A DNA stretch of 64,000 nt from Mobula hypostoma (taxonomy: Eukaryota): assembly GCF_963921235.1 (NCBI RefSeq), contig NC_086097.1:97900001-97964000 (forward strand), read 5' to 3'. The translations under genes were made by a program, and so were the position numbers. Below the pieces are notes generated by a model. The model saw nothing but the letters and a program-made list of their open reading frames with translations. It did no database searches and had not been told where the DNA came from. The first letter of the stretch is position 1. Each line of letters begins with the position of its first letter. Shown here one piece after another: positions 25,463 through 38,914 of this stretch.

Positions 25463-26372
25463 CTGATAAAAGAGCAGTCTATCATATTAATTTGTTTGTT
25501 ATGTGTCCTGTTGTATGACGTGGGTGATCATGGTCTTTCCATGACCATGATTGTTCTTGGCAAATTTTTCTATAGAAGTGGTTTGCCATTGCCTTCTTCT
25601 GGGCAATGTTTTTACAAGACAAGTGATCCCAGCCATTATCAATACTCCTCAGAGACTGTCTGCTTGGTGTCAGATCACATTAATAGGGTGTGCATGATAA
25701 TAGTTAAGGGAAAATTTGCCATCACATATAGTCAAATATCGAACCAAGATCATCACCACCTGTACTTGTAATTAGACTGATCCTACTCTTTGAGGAAACT
25801 AAACTCTAACAAAGGTGCGTGGTGTAAGCAAGCAGAGCTGGAAATGGAGAACAAATCATTGAGTGTTGCAAAATACATAATTCAACTTGATTTCCCATCC
25901 TTCAGAAAGTAATGAAAGAAAAGCAGTAATTAAGATTTTGCTCACAACCTCAAGCTTCAGAGAAGACAGTAATCAAAGACTGGAACATGAAGATAAATGG
26001 GAACAGTTGGAGCAGAGAGTACAACATTGAGACAAAAACACTTATTACTCATAGCACAATGTCCATGTAAAAACTGGGTTTAACTTTTGTAAAAATTGTG
26101 TACAATTCAGTATAACTTAAGTTTATGTTGTACATGCTGCTCATGTGATGCTACGTGCCTGTGTTAGTGCTGCATGTAAATTTTTCATTGCACACATGCA
26201 GACATATGACGACAAAACTCAATTCTTATCGAGTATTTATTCCCCAAGTCAATTATTTAGATCTGCTCCAATTCAAAGACATTCCAGGCACTGGCCTCTG
26301 ATGTTGCTGTCTCTGGTTACCGGACTAAAGGATGAACAACAATGTGCAGTTTGTTGATTTTGGTCCACTTAC

Positions 26373-26488
26373 CTTCTGGACTTTCTTCGTTGCCACAGGA
26401 AGGAGCACGTGGAACTGGGGGCTTGATAAAGGAATGCTGAAGCAGCTGATGCGGGTTCCAGCGTGCTTTGTCCTCCAAACATACACAC
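26373..26488 (-). CDS. EIF2AK4: GCN2 exon 10 (CVCLEDKARWNPHQLLQHSFI...SPE)
   Basis: Human CVCLDDKERWSPQQLLKHSFI; AG/GT; 116 nt. Confidence 0.95.
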
Positions 26489-27689
26489 CTACAATACAAG
26501 CCACATTCTGAGAGACGGTTGGTCTCAACATCTACGTAATTCAGTCATTAACAGTTACAGATGCAAAGGACTGCAGACGTTGTTTGTAAAAAAAAAAGTA
26601 ACAAACTGCAGGGGGAGCTCAGCAAGTCAAGCAGCATCTGTTGAGAGAAACAGACAGTTGATTTTTCGGGTTACGATCCCTGATGTGGACCGGTTGACTG
26701 AAAAGTTGCACTTTAAATCTGGGTCAAGGACTGAAAAATGAGATGAAGAACGCTATGTAACAAAACATGGTCAGTAAAGCACTGTTATTGATTTGTGAAC
26801 ACATCCATTATACCATGAATGAGTACAAGGCTCTGCCTGTGATTCCATACATCTCTATGTAGGGATTTATCCTGATAAAGCAGAGGGAAGAGGAGGGTGG
26901 GAGGGGAGGGGTGCAGCATGGGTAGCGAGAGTGCAAGGCAGGCAGAAAGCGGGGGCACGGGCGAGAGAGGGCGAGAGAGCGAGGGCACAAGAGAAAGTGA
27001 TAAAGCGAGGGTGAGGGAGAGGGAGAAAAAGCAATGTCCTAAAGCATACTTCCCTCTCTCTGCTACCCCTATCCAATCCCCCCCTCACAGGTGCCACCTA
27101 ACCCAATGAGGGTCCCAGTACCTGATGTTCTTATTTCCAGCTTTTGCTTTTCATTGTCTGTTCATCTCTATGCTCTATACTCTACACCCTCGATCGTACA
27201 CAGTCAGGTTCAAGAAGGGAGAAGTCAGCATTCAACTACTGCTGTCAATAACCATCTACAAAGTGCTTCCACCCTCTAACATTCTCCTGGATATTGCTAC
27301 CATCCATGCAGTAGAGTTCAAAGTTGAGTTAGCTGCTTTCAGACAGAGTAACAGATGAACATGTAATTGGTCGCTGTTGGTGTTGGGAAATAAATAATTT
27401 AGAATCATATTTCTGTTAGTTATGCTTCCCGCCTTTCACTAAAGGTGAACTGCTTTGCTTTCACTGTCAATCATCAATTCACCAAATCAGGATCATTACG
27501 GTGCCAGCTCCACGTGGTAGGTCATGGATTCAAAAGCCACAGAACAGATAATCTTGCTGGCTCCTGATGAAACACCGAATCCCCAATAATTGTGTTTCCT
27601 GCTGTTTACAGAAACAGAGTGATAGAGCTTGGAAATGGGTGCTGATCCAACTGAACTTTAACCCTTTCAAACAGAGGTTCCCAACGACC

Positions 27690-28640
27690 CACAGAAACGT
27701 AGAAAACCTGCTGCACAATACAGGCCCTTCGGCCCACAATGCTGTGCCGAACGTGTACTTACTTTAGAAATTACCTAGGGTTACCCATAGCCCTCTATTT
27801 TTGTAAGCTCCATGTACCTGTCCAGGAGTCTTTAAAAAGACCCTATCACATCCGCCTCTAGCGTCGCCAGCAGCCCATTCCACGCACTCACCACTCTACG
27901 TAAAAAAAACTTAACCCTGACATCTCCTCTGTACCTACTTCTAAGCACCTTAAAGCTGTCCCCTCTCGTGTTAGCCATTTCAGCCTTGGGAAAAAGCCTC
28001 TGACTATCCACATGATCAATATCTCTCATCATCTTGTACACCTCCATCAGGTCACCTCTCATCCTCCGTCGCTCCAAGGAGAAAAGGCCAAGTTCACTCA
28101 ACCTATTCTCATAAGGCATGCTCCCCTATCCAGGCAACATCCCTGTAAATCTCCTCTGCACTCTTTCTATAGTTTCCAGATCCATTCTTTAGTGAAGTGA
28201 CCAGAACTGAACACAGTACTCCAAGTGGAGTCTGACCAAGGTCCTATATAGCTGTAACATTACCTCTCGGCTCTTGAACTCAATCCCACATTGATGAAGG
28301 CCAATGCATTGTATGTCTTCTTAACCACACAGTCAACCTGCGCAAAGCTTTCAGTGTCCTATGGACTCGGATCCCAAGATCCCTCTGATCCTCCACACTG
28401 CCAAGAGTCTTACCATTAATACTATATTCTGCCATCATATTTGACCTACCAAAATGAACCATCTCACACTTATCTGGGTTGAACTCCATCTGCCACTTCT
28501 CAGCCCAGTTTTGCATCCTATCGATGCCCAGCTGCAACCTCTGACAGCCCTCTACACTATCCATAACACTCCTAACTTTTGTGTCATCAGCAAATTTACT
28601 AACCCATCCCTCAACTTCCTCATCCAGGTCATTTATAAAA
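27690..28640 (-). mobile_element. CR1 3' fragment (same family as 1-503)
   Basis: WAEKWQMEFNPDKC, MRGDLMEVYKMMR, RVVSAWNGL. Confidence 0.88.
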
Positions 28641-29363
28641 AATCAGGAAGAGAAGGGCGTCCATTCTACACCATCTAAAGCAGATTCTCTCTACTAATTT
28701 CAATTAGGTGTCATTTTATCCTACATTGCCACAAAAACTACACTTCGAAAACGGCCCCATGTACTTTAATGCATCTGAAGAGGGACAAGTTGCTACTTAA
28801 GCACAAATATCAGATTTCATTCACGTTCCTACGAGTAAGATGCAGGCAGGTTATTTATCTTTTACAGCAAAAGCCACATGATGTACTTCCTCAGCAGTGG
28901 CTATAATCGTCCATCTAAGCTCCCAGTCATCCAAAACAAAACAAATACATTTCTACTGAGGTATTAATGTGGCAAAGATCTGACAGAAAAAACTCCAACA
29001 AATGGCATTTCAACTATTGCTCTGAAATGGATGAAGCTTGCTCATGCCCAGTAGGGTGCATCTAACAGCTGGTTCCCAACCTTTTTTATGCCATGGACCC
29101 TTACCATTCATGGAACCCAGGTTGGGAACCCCTGCAAGAAGCAGAAAATTCCAGTCCACATGGGGATAGGATGACTCCACCAGTGCAAAGCTTGTACCTT
29201 ACGACTTGCATCAGCACCTCCATAGCAGTGGTGGGGGGGGGGGGGGAGAATCAGACAGGATTTGCATTTCTGTTCATAACCCGTGTCACATTAGGCATCA
29301 AATGATCCATTTACCATCAACTGGGGAGGGAGAGCTGGAAGAAACTGGTAACATTCAACTTAC

Positions 29364-29899
29364 TTGTTAAGGAAATCCTGGAAGTTACTGGGCAGGTTGT
29401 TTGGCACAGTTATTGGGTATTCCTTCACAACTGCCCCCTGGCTAAGAGCCAACAAGAGGAGGCCCAGCCTCCAGACATCCCCCTTTTTTCCACTCTTGTA
29501 AGGCAGAGCATTCTCACTGAATCGCACTTTCGTCTGCTCAAACACATCCTCCTTGCATATGTCTGCCAGCCTCTTAGAGATGCTGTAATCTGTCAGTTTC
29601 ACATTGCCTTTGTTGTCCACCAGAACACTGGAGGCATCAAGCACCTTGTGCACCACTGAGTTACTGTGGAGGTAGTCCAAGGCTGTCAGCAGCTGCACTG
29701 CATAATGCTGGAGCTGGTCGACTGCAACTGGGGTCCCTTTGCTCAGAACCTCGGAGAGGCTGGAGCCATTGATGTATTCCACAAGCAGACTGACCACAAT
29801 GGAGTTCTCCTGCTCCTTACAGCACATCGCCATGTAATGTACCAGATTCTCGTGGCTCAGTTTCAACAGGGAACTAAACTCAGTTTCTGCACCTTGAAT
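29364..29899 (-). CDS. EIF2AK4: GCN2 exon 9 (pseudokinase domain)
   Basis: IQGAETEF...LDYLHSNSVVHKVL...TDYSISKRLADICKEDVFEQT...KKGDVWRLGLLLL; AG/GT; 536 nt. Confidence 0.97.
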
Positions 29900-31029
29900 C
29901 TGGAAAAGAAAACATGATGATTCTAACAGGCAGCATGTTAAATGCACCAAACTTACTTCGGCACCACAATCCCGCCAACAACCCACCAAAGACCCTGTCC
30001 AAGAAACGGATGACTGCAAATCCCTGCATTTCCAATTAGCCATTTAGGAGTGGGGAGGGCAGAGAGGCATGCCCCTCTCATCTTCTTTCTCCCCACCCTC
30101 CCTTTCTCCTTTCCTCTCAGCCCACTTCTGTGACAGCTCAGTACCCAATGGTCTTGTGTTTCTTCCTTTCTGACAATCTATCACCATTCAGATCATTTGG
30201 ATAATTATCTGCCTTTCTGTTTTTAGAACCAAAGTGCCTAACCTCACATTTACCCATAACTTTGAAGAAAGGGAGGGGGTGGGAAATGTAGCCCTTAGAA
30301 AGACTGCAGTGAAAAGCCAGAGAGGTGATCAGGGCAGATCCAAAGGATGGAGCAGTGCCTGAAAATGAAGAGTAGAACTGGCATTATCTGTTATCATGGA
30401 GGCCAGAAAGGCAAGTAGGTCTTGAGAAGTTTGGTGAGACAGAGCTCAGGAGATAATTTGAGACAAGAGAGACAGATGCAAATTCAGAACTGGAGACAGA
30501 GAGAGTATTACAGACGTTGGTAAACTAGAGGAATTCAGGATGTAAGCTAAGACAGTTGAATGGATGGTCAGTGAAAATGAAGGTCATTACTTTCCCAAAG
30601 GCTTGGATGGGAAGACGGGAAGGCGGCAAGGGCAGGCAAGAAGAATTTGAGAAAGTACTAGTTGTGGAGAAAATTTAGCAGTAATAACTGATAAAAATAA
30701 TGAATTTCAAGGAGAGTTTGAGAAGAGGGTGATAAGAGTGATAGGGATTAAGCACCAGAAGGTATGATGATCAATGATGGAAGTGTGGTTGCACAACAAA
30801 TCATAAACAACGGGAACAAATTATGGTATTGCTTTGCACTGTTGTAACTATATGTTATAATTATGTGGTTTTGTCAGTTTTAGTCTTGGTTTGTCCTGTG
30901 TTTCCTTGTGATATCATTCTAGAGGAACATTGTATCATTTTTTAATGCATGCATTTCTAAATGACAATAAACGAGGACTGAGTGTCCTCATAATCTAATC
31001 CACAACTGTAATTCTGTATTGTACACAAG

Positions 31030-32275
31030 CTGACTAACCCAGCCATCCACGTTTTCATCCAGGTTATTTAAATACATCACAAACAGCTGAGATGTCAGTA
31101 TGGATCCCTAAGGAACACTAGTCACACAAATCCAGCCAGAATAAGTCCCATCATCTACTACCCCCCATCTTCTATGGGCAAACCAGCTCTGAATCCAAAC
31201 AGCCAAGTCCTGGTGAATCCCCTGGATCTTAATTTTCTAGATGAACCTCCCATAAGGGATCATATCAAACTCCTTTCTAAAATCCACATCCACAGCTCTA
31301 CCGTCATCACCTCCTCGAAAAATCCAATCAAGTTAGTAAGAAATGACTTGCCTCATTCAAAGCTATGTTGACTGTCCCCAATTTACCATGCCTTTCCAAA
31401 TATACGTAAATCCTATTCCTAAGAATCTCCCTCCAATAGCTTTTAGTCTCACTGATTTAGACTCACAGATCTCTAGATTATCACCATTTCCTTTGATGAA
31501 TAACAGATCGTCATCAGATACCCGTCAGTCCTCCAGGACCTCTCCAGTAGCTAGAGGCATGAAGATCCTGGTCAAGGTCCCAGCAACCTCATCTCTTGCT
31601 TCTTTCAATATCCTGGGGTATGTCCCATCAGGTCCTGGGGACTTATCCACCTTAATGTTCCTTAAGATAACCCAGTACTACCTTCTTATATCAGAATGCC
31701 CAAGCACATTAGCACACTCATCTCATTATATTTCACATTCTTGGTCTTGGTAAATGCTAATACAAAATATTCATTTAAGATCTCGTCCACATTCTCTGCC
31801 TCCAAGCACATGTCCCCTCCTTTATCTTCTCTAGGTCTTTCTTTGCTCATCCTAGCTCTAAATCCCTTCTGGAGTTATTTTCCAGCTTTTTAAAAAAATA
31901 TAATTCTCAAGGGCTCCATTTAATATTAGTTTCCTAAATCTTACATATACTTATATTCTTAACTAAATTCACCAGTAGTCTTAACATCTCACTGGAATAT
32001 ATTTGTCCTGTATGCTGTACAGTTGGTATTTAAACAACCTCCACATATCAGATCCTGAAATGTTCAAAAACAACTATCTCCAATTTGCCCTGTTCCAATT
32101 TAATACACTCCTGCAAGGACTAAACTTATCTAAAGCTATCCTAAAAATTTTAAAGTTGGGGTCACTATTCCATAACTGTTCTACCACTGAAAGGTCATCA
32201 ACTGGCCAGGCTTACTTCTCAACACCAGATCTAGTCTGGACCCTGCTGGATGCACCTAACATATTCTCCTCTCTC
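31030..32275 (-). mobile_element. Old degenerate CR1 fragment
   Basis: gataagtccccaggacctgatggg (KSPGPDG) on minus and other ORF2 remnants. Confidence 0.65.
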
Positions 32276-32294
32276 TAAACCTCTTACACTAAGG

Positions 32295-32298
<4 letters not shown>

Positions 32299-32332
<34 letters not shown>

Positions 32333-32579
32333 CCTTAACTCCTGGTGGAGTCGTAGGGGTGCTGTCATGACAAGCTTTTGGTCTGCTCATCGTACGGCGT
32401 GTCTTGGGCATCTGAAACGTGACAGAGCCCATCCTTCTCAGATTTTTTTTTTACGAGGTCGAGTTATTAGCTCGACACTCAACCCAGGCACGGATGGAGA
32501 GCGTGCAAGGGAGCCGGCCGGATTCGAACTCTCGCCCTGAAGTTCAGCGCTGATACCACTATGCCACCAGCCAGCTTCA
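32299..32579 (-). mobile_element. tRNA-head SINE with RTE-type 3' tail and (CA)n end
   Basis: A box TGGCATAGTGG, B box GTTCGAATCC; 11-bp TSD ACTAAGGATGT (32288-32298, 32580-32590); related head at about 38486-38620 (+). Confidence 0.85.
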
Positions 32580-34378
32580 ACTAAGGATGTCCCGGTCTAT
32601 ATTAAGAAAAATGAAGTCACCCCAGAACAGCATGCCTGTGGTTCACGCACATTTTCCCAATCTGTATGCATATCTGTCCCTCAGTGCCCTATGGCCCATG
32701 AACTGGGGGGGGGGGGTGATCTATAGGATAGCCCCATCAGTGATTACATCTTTGTTATTTTTGAGTTCTATCCATATAGACACAGAGAATGAGCCTCCAT
32801 TGTGTCCCCTGAGTGCAGACGTGACATTATCCCTAATTAATAGTGCAACTCCACCCCCTCAACTGCCCTCAGTCCTGATTTACCTGAAGAAGCTGCAAGA
32901 CAAGTTCAATAGGTAACAAAGCTTCTCATAAAAAGAGCTGCATAATCTCACAAACCACAGATGGGATCAAAGCTCTGTAGTCTTTTTACACATAATCATG
33001 AATAAGACTGAAGAAGCACACAGCAATCCAGAGGAGCCTACTCTAAGAACATGTCTATCTTCAGTGCTGGCAGAGAAAGGAGCTCTTGCAACCACGTGCA
33101 AGAAGAAAGAATACTGCAGCCCATCGTCATCTATTGAACAGCAACTAGGAACGGGAACAAACACTGCCCTTGCCAGCAACCCAACAAGCCATCTAGAAAA
33201 GAAAGTGACAAAGCTTCCATGTGCTCCTTACAAGTTATGAAGGAGATGTGAAGCAGCAGAGATTATTTTTATTTTCAATTTTTTTATTAATTACTTGCAT
33301 AGACAAATACAAAATACATTATGATATTATGGAAACAGAAAAAATAGCAGAGCAAATTTCAAGAACACCATTTTTATTTTTGCTTACAGTATGATAGTTC
33401 AACAGCACTTTTATTTTTTATTTTATTTACTTATTAAGATACAGCGTGGAATAGTTCCCTCCGGCCCTTTGAACCACACTGCCCAGAAACCCCGATTTAA
33501 CCCCAGCCGAATCATGGGATAATTTACAATGACCCAATTAGCCTACCAGCTTACTGTCGTCCAGTTACAAGATGCTCAGGATAAAAACACCAGGAGCATG
33601 AGGTACTTCCACTTGAGTCCTTCAGTTTCAGAGACCACAGATGCAGGTCACACTGGTGCAATTGACCACAACGAGTAATAGTGCAAGTCTAGCCAATGTG
33701 TAAAGGACTTAGGAGTCAGAAAAATCTGTAATTCTCAATGACGTTGGGGGGGGGGGGGTGTGGAATGGTAGAGCTTACTCCAAGTAAAGAGACAAAAGGA
33801 CCGGATGAGAGTCAAAGGATGCTTGTGGTATGAAAAATGGAAAATAGTGTAAGATGATCTCATCAACATAAAACAGGAGGCAAAAAAGCAAGCAAGAGCC
33901 AATGGACAAAAGGATTCTTCGGGACGAGAGGAGAATAAGTTCAGAGAAGAGAGAGAGCCACATTATTGGAGGTGAACACCATATTCTCCTTGCATGAGGG
34001 AAATGGAAACATTACTGAGGAACGCTCCCTTTAGAACACACTCGGCAAGCATACAATTTACAAGAGATTTCCCTACTGTGTTTTAAGTGTTCGCCTCTGT
34101 CAGGCAAGCCAGTTGCTTGGCCTTCATTTGAAGAGATTGTCCATGTGATACCAAAGAGTCAGAAATTAGATGAGTTTGTCTAGATTATTTTGTCAAGGCA
34201 CAATTAATCAAAACTGAGAATGTGAATCACTACCAGCTAAAATTATACACTTGACTCGCAGTCTGTGTTCCAGTCCTAAATCTTTAGACCAGTGCCTCCC
34301 AACAAACTTGCCACTTTCTGACAAAAATGATAATTAACACCAAATCAGAAGTTGTCCCTTAGAAATCAACATTAATAC

Positions 34379-34536
34379 CTTTTTTTTGCATTCTTCAATC
34401 TTGTCCTTCTCCTCACTGGTGAGAAACTTGCCCATCTTCTTCTGCCATTGAAGAACCCACTCATAGATCATCACAAAATTTCCTGTCAACTCTTCGAAAG
34501 CATTGTAAACTGATCGGCTCAGATTTTCACTCTCAC
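34379..34536 (-). CDS. EIF2AK4: GCN2 exon 8 (pseudokinase start, VYNAFEELTGNFVMIYEWVLQWQKKMGKFLT)
   Basis: YEWVLQWQKKMG as in human; AG/GT; 158 nt. Confidence 0.96.
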
Positions 34537-34651
34537 CTAGCACACAAAGATGAACAAGCCACTTACATCTCTCAATAACATCAAGCTCCAGATATCCAAA
34601 CGCTCATGAGGATAGTGAGTTTAACATGCAGACACTAAAAACGTCCCTCAC

Positions 34652-34767
34652 CAACAAATCTTCCCAAGTGTACGGTAAACGCTCTGGTTGATCCTGTGTT
34701 AAAGTGTATCACTTTGTGCAGTTTAGAACCGTCTTCATTGCTGCATACAGAAATCTGGCGTTCTCGC
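34652..34767 (-). CDS. EIF2AK4: GCN2 exon 7 (RERQISVCSNEDGSKLHKVIHFNTGSTRAFTVHLGRFV)
   Basis: Homology to human RERQYSVCNSED; AG/GT; 116 nt. Confidence 0.93.
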
Positions 34768-35702
34768 CTATAAATTGAAAAATAATTTACATTATACTGT
34801 TTAATACTAATGGAATTGTTTTTATTAATCAGTTTTAACATAGCAAAATAATTTTCACAGCAGCATTATCAGTCTAATTTGAAAATAGAACCCTCACAAT
34901 CAAAGCTTAGCCAATATGATAGATTTTAAGAAGAGATGAGAGGGAAGGTTTAGAAAGGGATGAGAAAGATTCACTATTTTCTAAATGGTGAGAAGACCTG
35001 TGCAGGAACAAGACTGCGAAGGATCACACATAAGAATCACTTAAATAAAATCAGTGGAGAGTTTTTAAAAAAAAAATTCCTTCCAACTTGCAGACGTCTG
35101 TCTAATGGACATCCTGTACATAAAGCATCTCGGCCGACAAAGGAGCTAGTGGAACTCACAGGGTCAGTCAGCATACATGGAGGGAAATAGACAATCGACA
35201 TTTTGGGTCAGGACCCCTTCACCATGAAACCAGCAAGATGGATTCGCTGGATGCTTCTGGCTGTAGTCATCTTCTGCCAGGTGGGAACAAAGCACCTCCA
35301 CATGCCTTCTCTCCACACCAGCACCCTCTACCCATCTGCCAAGCCTCAACAACCAGGGTCTGTGTCGAGCAAAGCAGAGCCGGGACTCTCAGCGTCAGTG
35401 AGGCCAGTTGGCACTGTTCTTCCGATGCCTGCTCACTCTCCTGTCACAGTTGTGATCCTCTCCCACACACTGTTTCCATTCATTTCCAACCCCCAAACAA
35501 TTCTCAGGAACAAAATCCTGGGGACTGCCTGTAATCTAAAAGCTGGTGGAATATTGATATTCATCTCAGTGGTTGTGAGCGATGCTGCCTTTATATGCAT
35601 TTAACATTTCATTCTACAATTCCAATGCCCTCTAGAAGATTACTAAATAGGAAAACAAAAAAATTATATTTAATTCTAATTAAGTAGCTATAATGCTCAT
35701 AC

Positions 35703-35866
35703 TTGGAGCGGCCGTTGGAACTTGCTCGGCGACGACTGTTCCCTCCTTTTTTGTGATCGACTCGGTCCATCGTGTTGTTGTTCAAACTGGCAGAAGGCTG
35801 CTGGTTTAAAGCAGGAATTCTGGAAGTGTTAACTGGAAAGATCTCTTGGGCACTTTCCAACCTTTC
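35703..35866 (-). CDS. EIF2AK4: GCN2 exon 6 (ERLESAQEIFP...RRRASSNGRS)
   Basis: Starts ERLE and ends like human RANSSGRS; strong polypyrimidine tract + ctag, donor gtatga; 164 nt. Confidence 0.9.
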
Positions 35867-35937
35867 CTAGGGTGTGGGGAAAGAAGGAAAGCAAAAGTGG
35901 AAGATTACATTCACACACGTTTGAGCATTACATTTGG

Positions 35938-38016
35938 CTTAAGTGGGAAGCTAAATCATTAAAATATTTAGGAATAACCCTGCCGAAGGATCTTTCAACA
36001 CTGTCACAGGTAAATTATGGGCCATTAATCTCAGAGATAAAAGCAGATATGCATAGATGGAATCTTATCCCCTTTTTAAGTTTAAATTCAAGGATAAATA
36101 CTATAAAAATGAATATTCTTCTTCGGTTATTGTATCTGTTCCGTACTTTACCTGTGGAGGTGGATGATAATCAATTCAGGGAATGGGACAAATGGATTTC
36201 CCGCTTCATTTGGCAAGGAAAGAAACCTAGAATTCGATATAACACCTTACAGTTGGGGAAGGAAGGAGGAGGTATGGTTCTTCCTTGCCTGAGAAATTAT
36301 TTTTATGCCTCACAGATAACCCCTCTGTTATATTGGTGTAATAGGGAATATAAGGCTAGATGGAAGGAAATAGAATTTGGATTGGTAGACAGTTTTCCTC
36401 TGCAGGCCTCAATAGCTGACAAAGAATTGATGGCCCAGTTGGAAAAATTTAAAAACAGTTGGATAAATCTTACATTAAAAGTATGGCAGAAGGTGGTTAA
36501 TTCATGTGGAATTAATAACATGTTAAAACTCTTTAGATGGTGTGCATATGATACCGAATTCCTTCCCAACAGAGGAGATAAAAGATTTGAGTTATGGATA
36601 AAGAAAGGTCTTACAACCTACCTCTCATTTATAGATAAAAGAGTATTACAAAGTTTCCAAATCCTGCAGGACAAACATGGCCTAGAACATAATGACTTTT
36701 TTAGGTACCTTCAAGTACGAAACTATGTTAACCAGAGTTGTAGATATACAGACCTATCAACAGTAGAATTAGAATTTTTCAAGATTCTGAATTCGGCTTG
36801 CAGTTCAATACCTAGTAAATCAGTTTCTCGAGTATATAATGCACTCGCCCATGCTAAAAATGTAAATACACTGTATATTAAAGAGAAGTGGGAGAAAGAA
36901 GCGGGGTTGGTACTTTCAGAGGAGGCTTGGGGGAAAATCTGCAGCTTTCAACGGTCTTCGACTAATTCTTTGACTTGGAGAGAACATTGTTGGAAAAACA
37001 TTATAAGATACTTCAAGACCCCATATCAGGAAAAATATAAAGATACAAACGTGACGTGTTGGAGAAGGTGCGGCTCCAAGGAGGCAAATCATTTTCATAT
37101 TTTCTGGGATTGCCCTAAATTAAGTCTATATTGGGAAGGTATTCATAGAACATTAGTTAAGGTACTTAGGTCCCAGATACCTCTGAACTTTGAGACGCTC
37201 TATTTGGGGCATGTATTGCTTCTTGAACAGAAGGAAGATATAAAGTTGCTGCAGGCCCTCTTAGCGGCAAGTAAGAAATCAATCACTAGAAAGTGGCTAA
37301 ATCCAATACCACCTACATTAGAAGATTGGCACGAAATTATCTTGGAAATATTTAAAATGGAAAAGTTGACTTATTCCCTGAGAATTCAAAAAGAAAAATT
37401 TTATCAAATCTGGATAAATGGATTGTATATATAACCCCAATGCGAGCAGACTTTAGATGACTCTCCTAATGATTTATACTGCTCTTCTCATCAACACAGT
37501 AATATTGCTAACGTAAGCACCCCTAGTCTAAATGTCTTTTTTTTTGTTTTCTTTTGGAAAATAGAGAATTAACACAAGTAAAGGGAAAGATTTGGGAAAG
37601 GGATAAAAAATGGAAAAATTAAGTAAATAAGTACATAGGGATTGGATAATTATGTCTGCGGGCAGGAGCAAGCATGAACAAATTAGGATATAAACACCTA
37701 CAATGGTTGTTACATAGGCTTATATACAACATTTTGGACCAGTGGAAATGGTCCAGAAGAGTTATATGGAAACTATTATTACCATTTTTCTGAACAACTA
37801 ATACCATTACTTAGCCTAATAGATTAGAATTACCACAGTACATAATTATTTATTTAAGTGTTTAATTTCCTTTTATATCATCTCAATGTGTACCTAAGAA
37901 TGTATAAATAATTATAGTTTTATACATATAAAAAAATGGAAAAGGTTATATGTGTGAAAAAGTACATGATATTTGTGAATTCCTTATCCAAATAAAAATA
38001 AAATTTTTTTAAAAAA
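35938..38016 (+). mobile_element. 5'-truncated L1-clade LINE (ORF2 C-terminal ~500 aa with CCHC finger, 3' UTR, poly-A)
   Basis: KYLGI...RINTIKMNIL...CWRRCG...HIFWDCP; AATAAA + A tail; 15-bp TSD GAGCATTACATTTGG (35923-35937, 38017-38031). Confidence 0.92.
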
Positions 38017-38914
38017 GAGCATTACATTTGGTCTCAGCATCCTTCCAGAATATAAGCAGCAGGAGTAGACCTTTCAGACCCTTCAGCCTGTCACAGCATT
38101 CAATCTGTAGAGTTACATGGCCATTTTACATCCTTGCCATTGACCACAACCTCTAATTGTAAATGTTTCAAACAGAAATTAACCTGCAAGCTGGAATGCT
38201 CCACTTGAAAATGTTTGCTTTTGAGGACTTAGCTGTTGGCCTTTTGTCACCCAAGATTTCTGCCCATTAAGCTTCAGCCGTCCTTTTCGTGCAACCCTTC
38301 AAAAGTTCTAAATTGGTTTTATATTGCCTCCCCATTCTGAAATAACGCATTAATATCTTTAAATTTAATCTGCAAACCAATTATTTCATCCCTTCTTTTA
38401 CATCCACCTCAATTCTGCCACTGTCCTTCTCACTTTTACTACACTTCCTTCCTTTCAGGAATTACATTCTTTGTATACGTTAATGTAGCCGGCCGGTGGT
38501 GTAGAGGCATCAGCACCGGATTTCAAGGTGAATGGTCGGGAGTTCGAATCCAGCTGGCTCCTTCCACACTTTCCATTGTACTAGGTTGAGCGTTGAGCTA
38601 GCAACACGGCCTTGTAAAAAAACAGTAATTGCTACAGAAATGGCAAAAATGCGCAAAAAGGAACAATATATCAATGTATATCAATACCCATCCAAGTGGG
38701 ACACCGATGCTTATTTTCCGACAACACAAAAAACATTTTCAGCCTCAGGTAAGATTATGCAGGCACTTTTTCTTAATTCTGCCAAATCTATTCTCCGCAC
38801 TTCCACAAATGCCTTGTGCACATCAGCTCTCCATGATCTCATCAGGAACTAGATGAAGATTTACATCTCATCGTCTTGTGTATCAGAGGTCTGAGGAGAC
38901 ACATTCCTACAAAC

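Noticed and set aside
32521..32579. tRNA gene
   Set aside because: Only A/B boxes in a SINE head; no complete cloverleaf; TSD-flanked
35872..37434. 520-aa ORF as a nested host gene
   Set aside because: L1 ORF2 fragment; the listed start is a GTG in intron sequence outside the TSD
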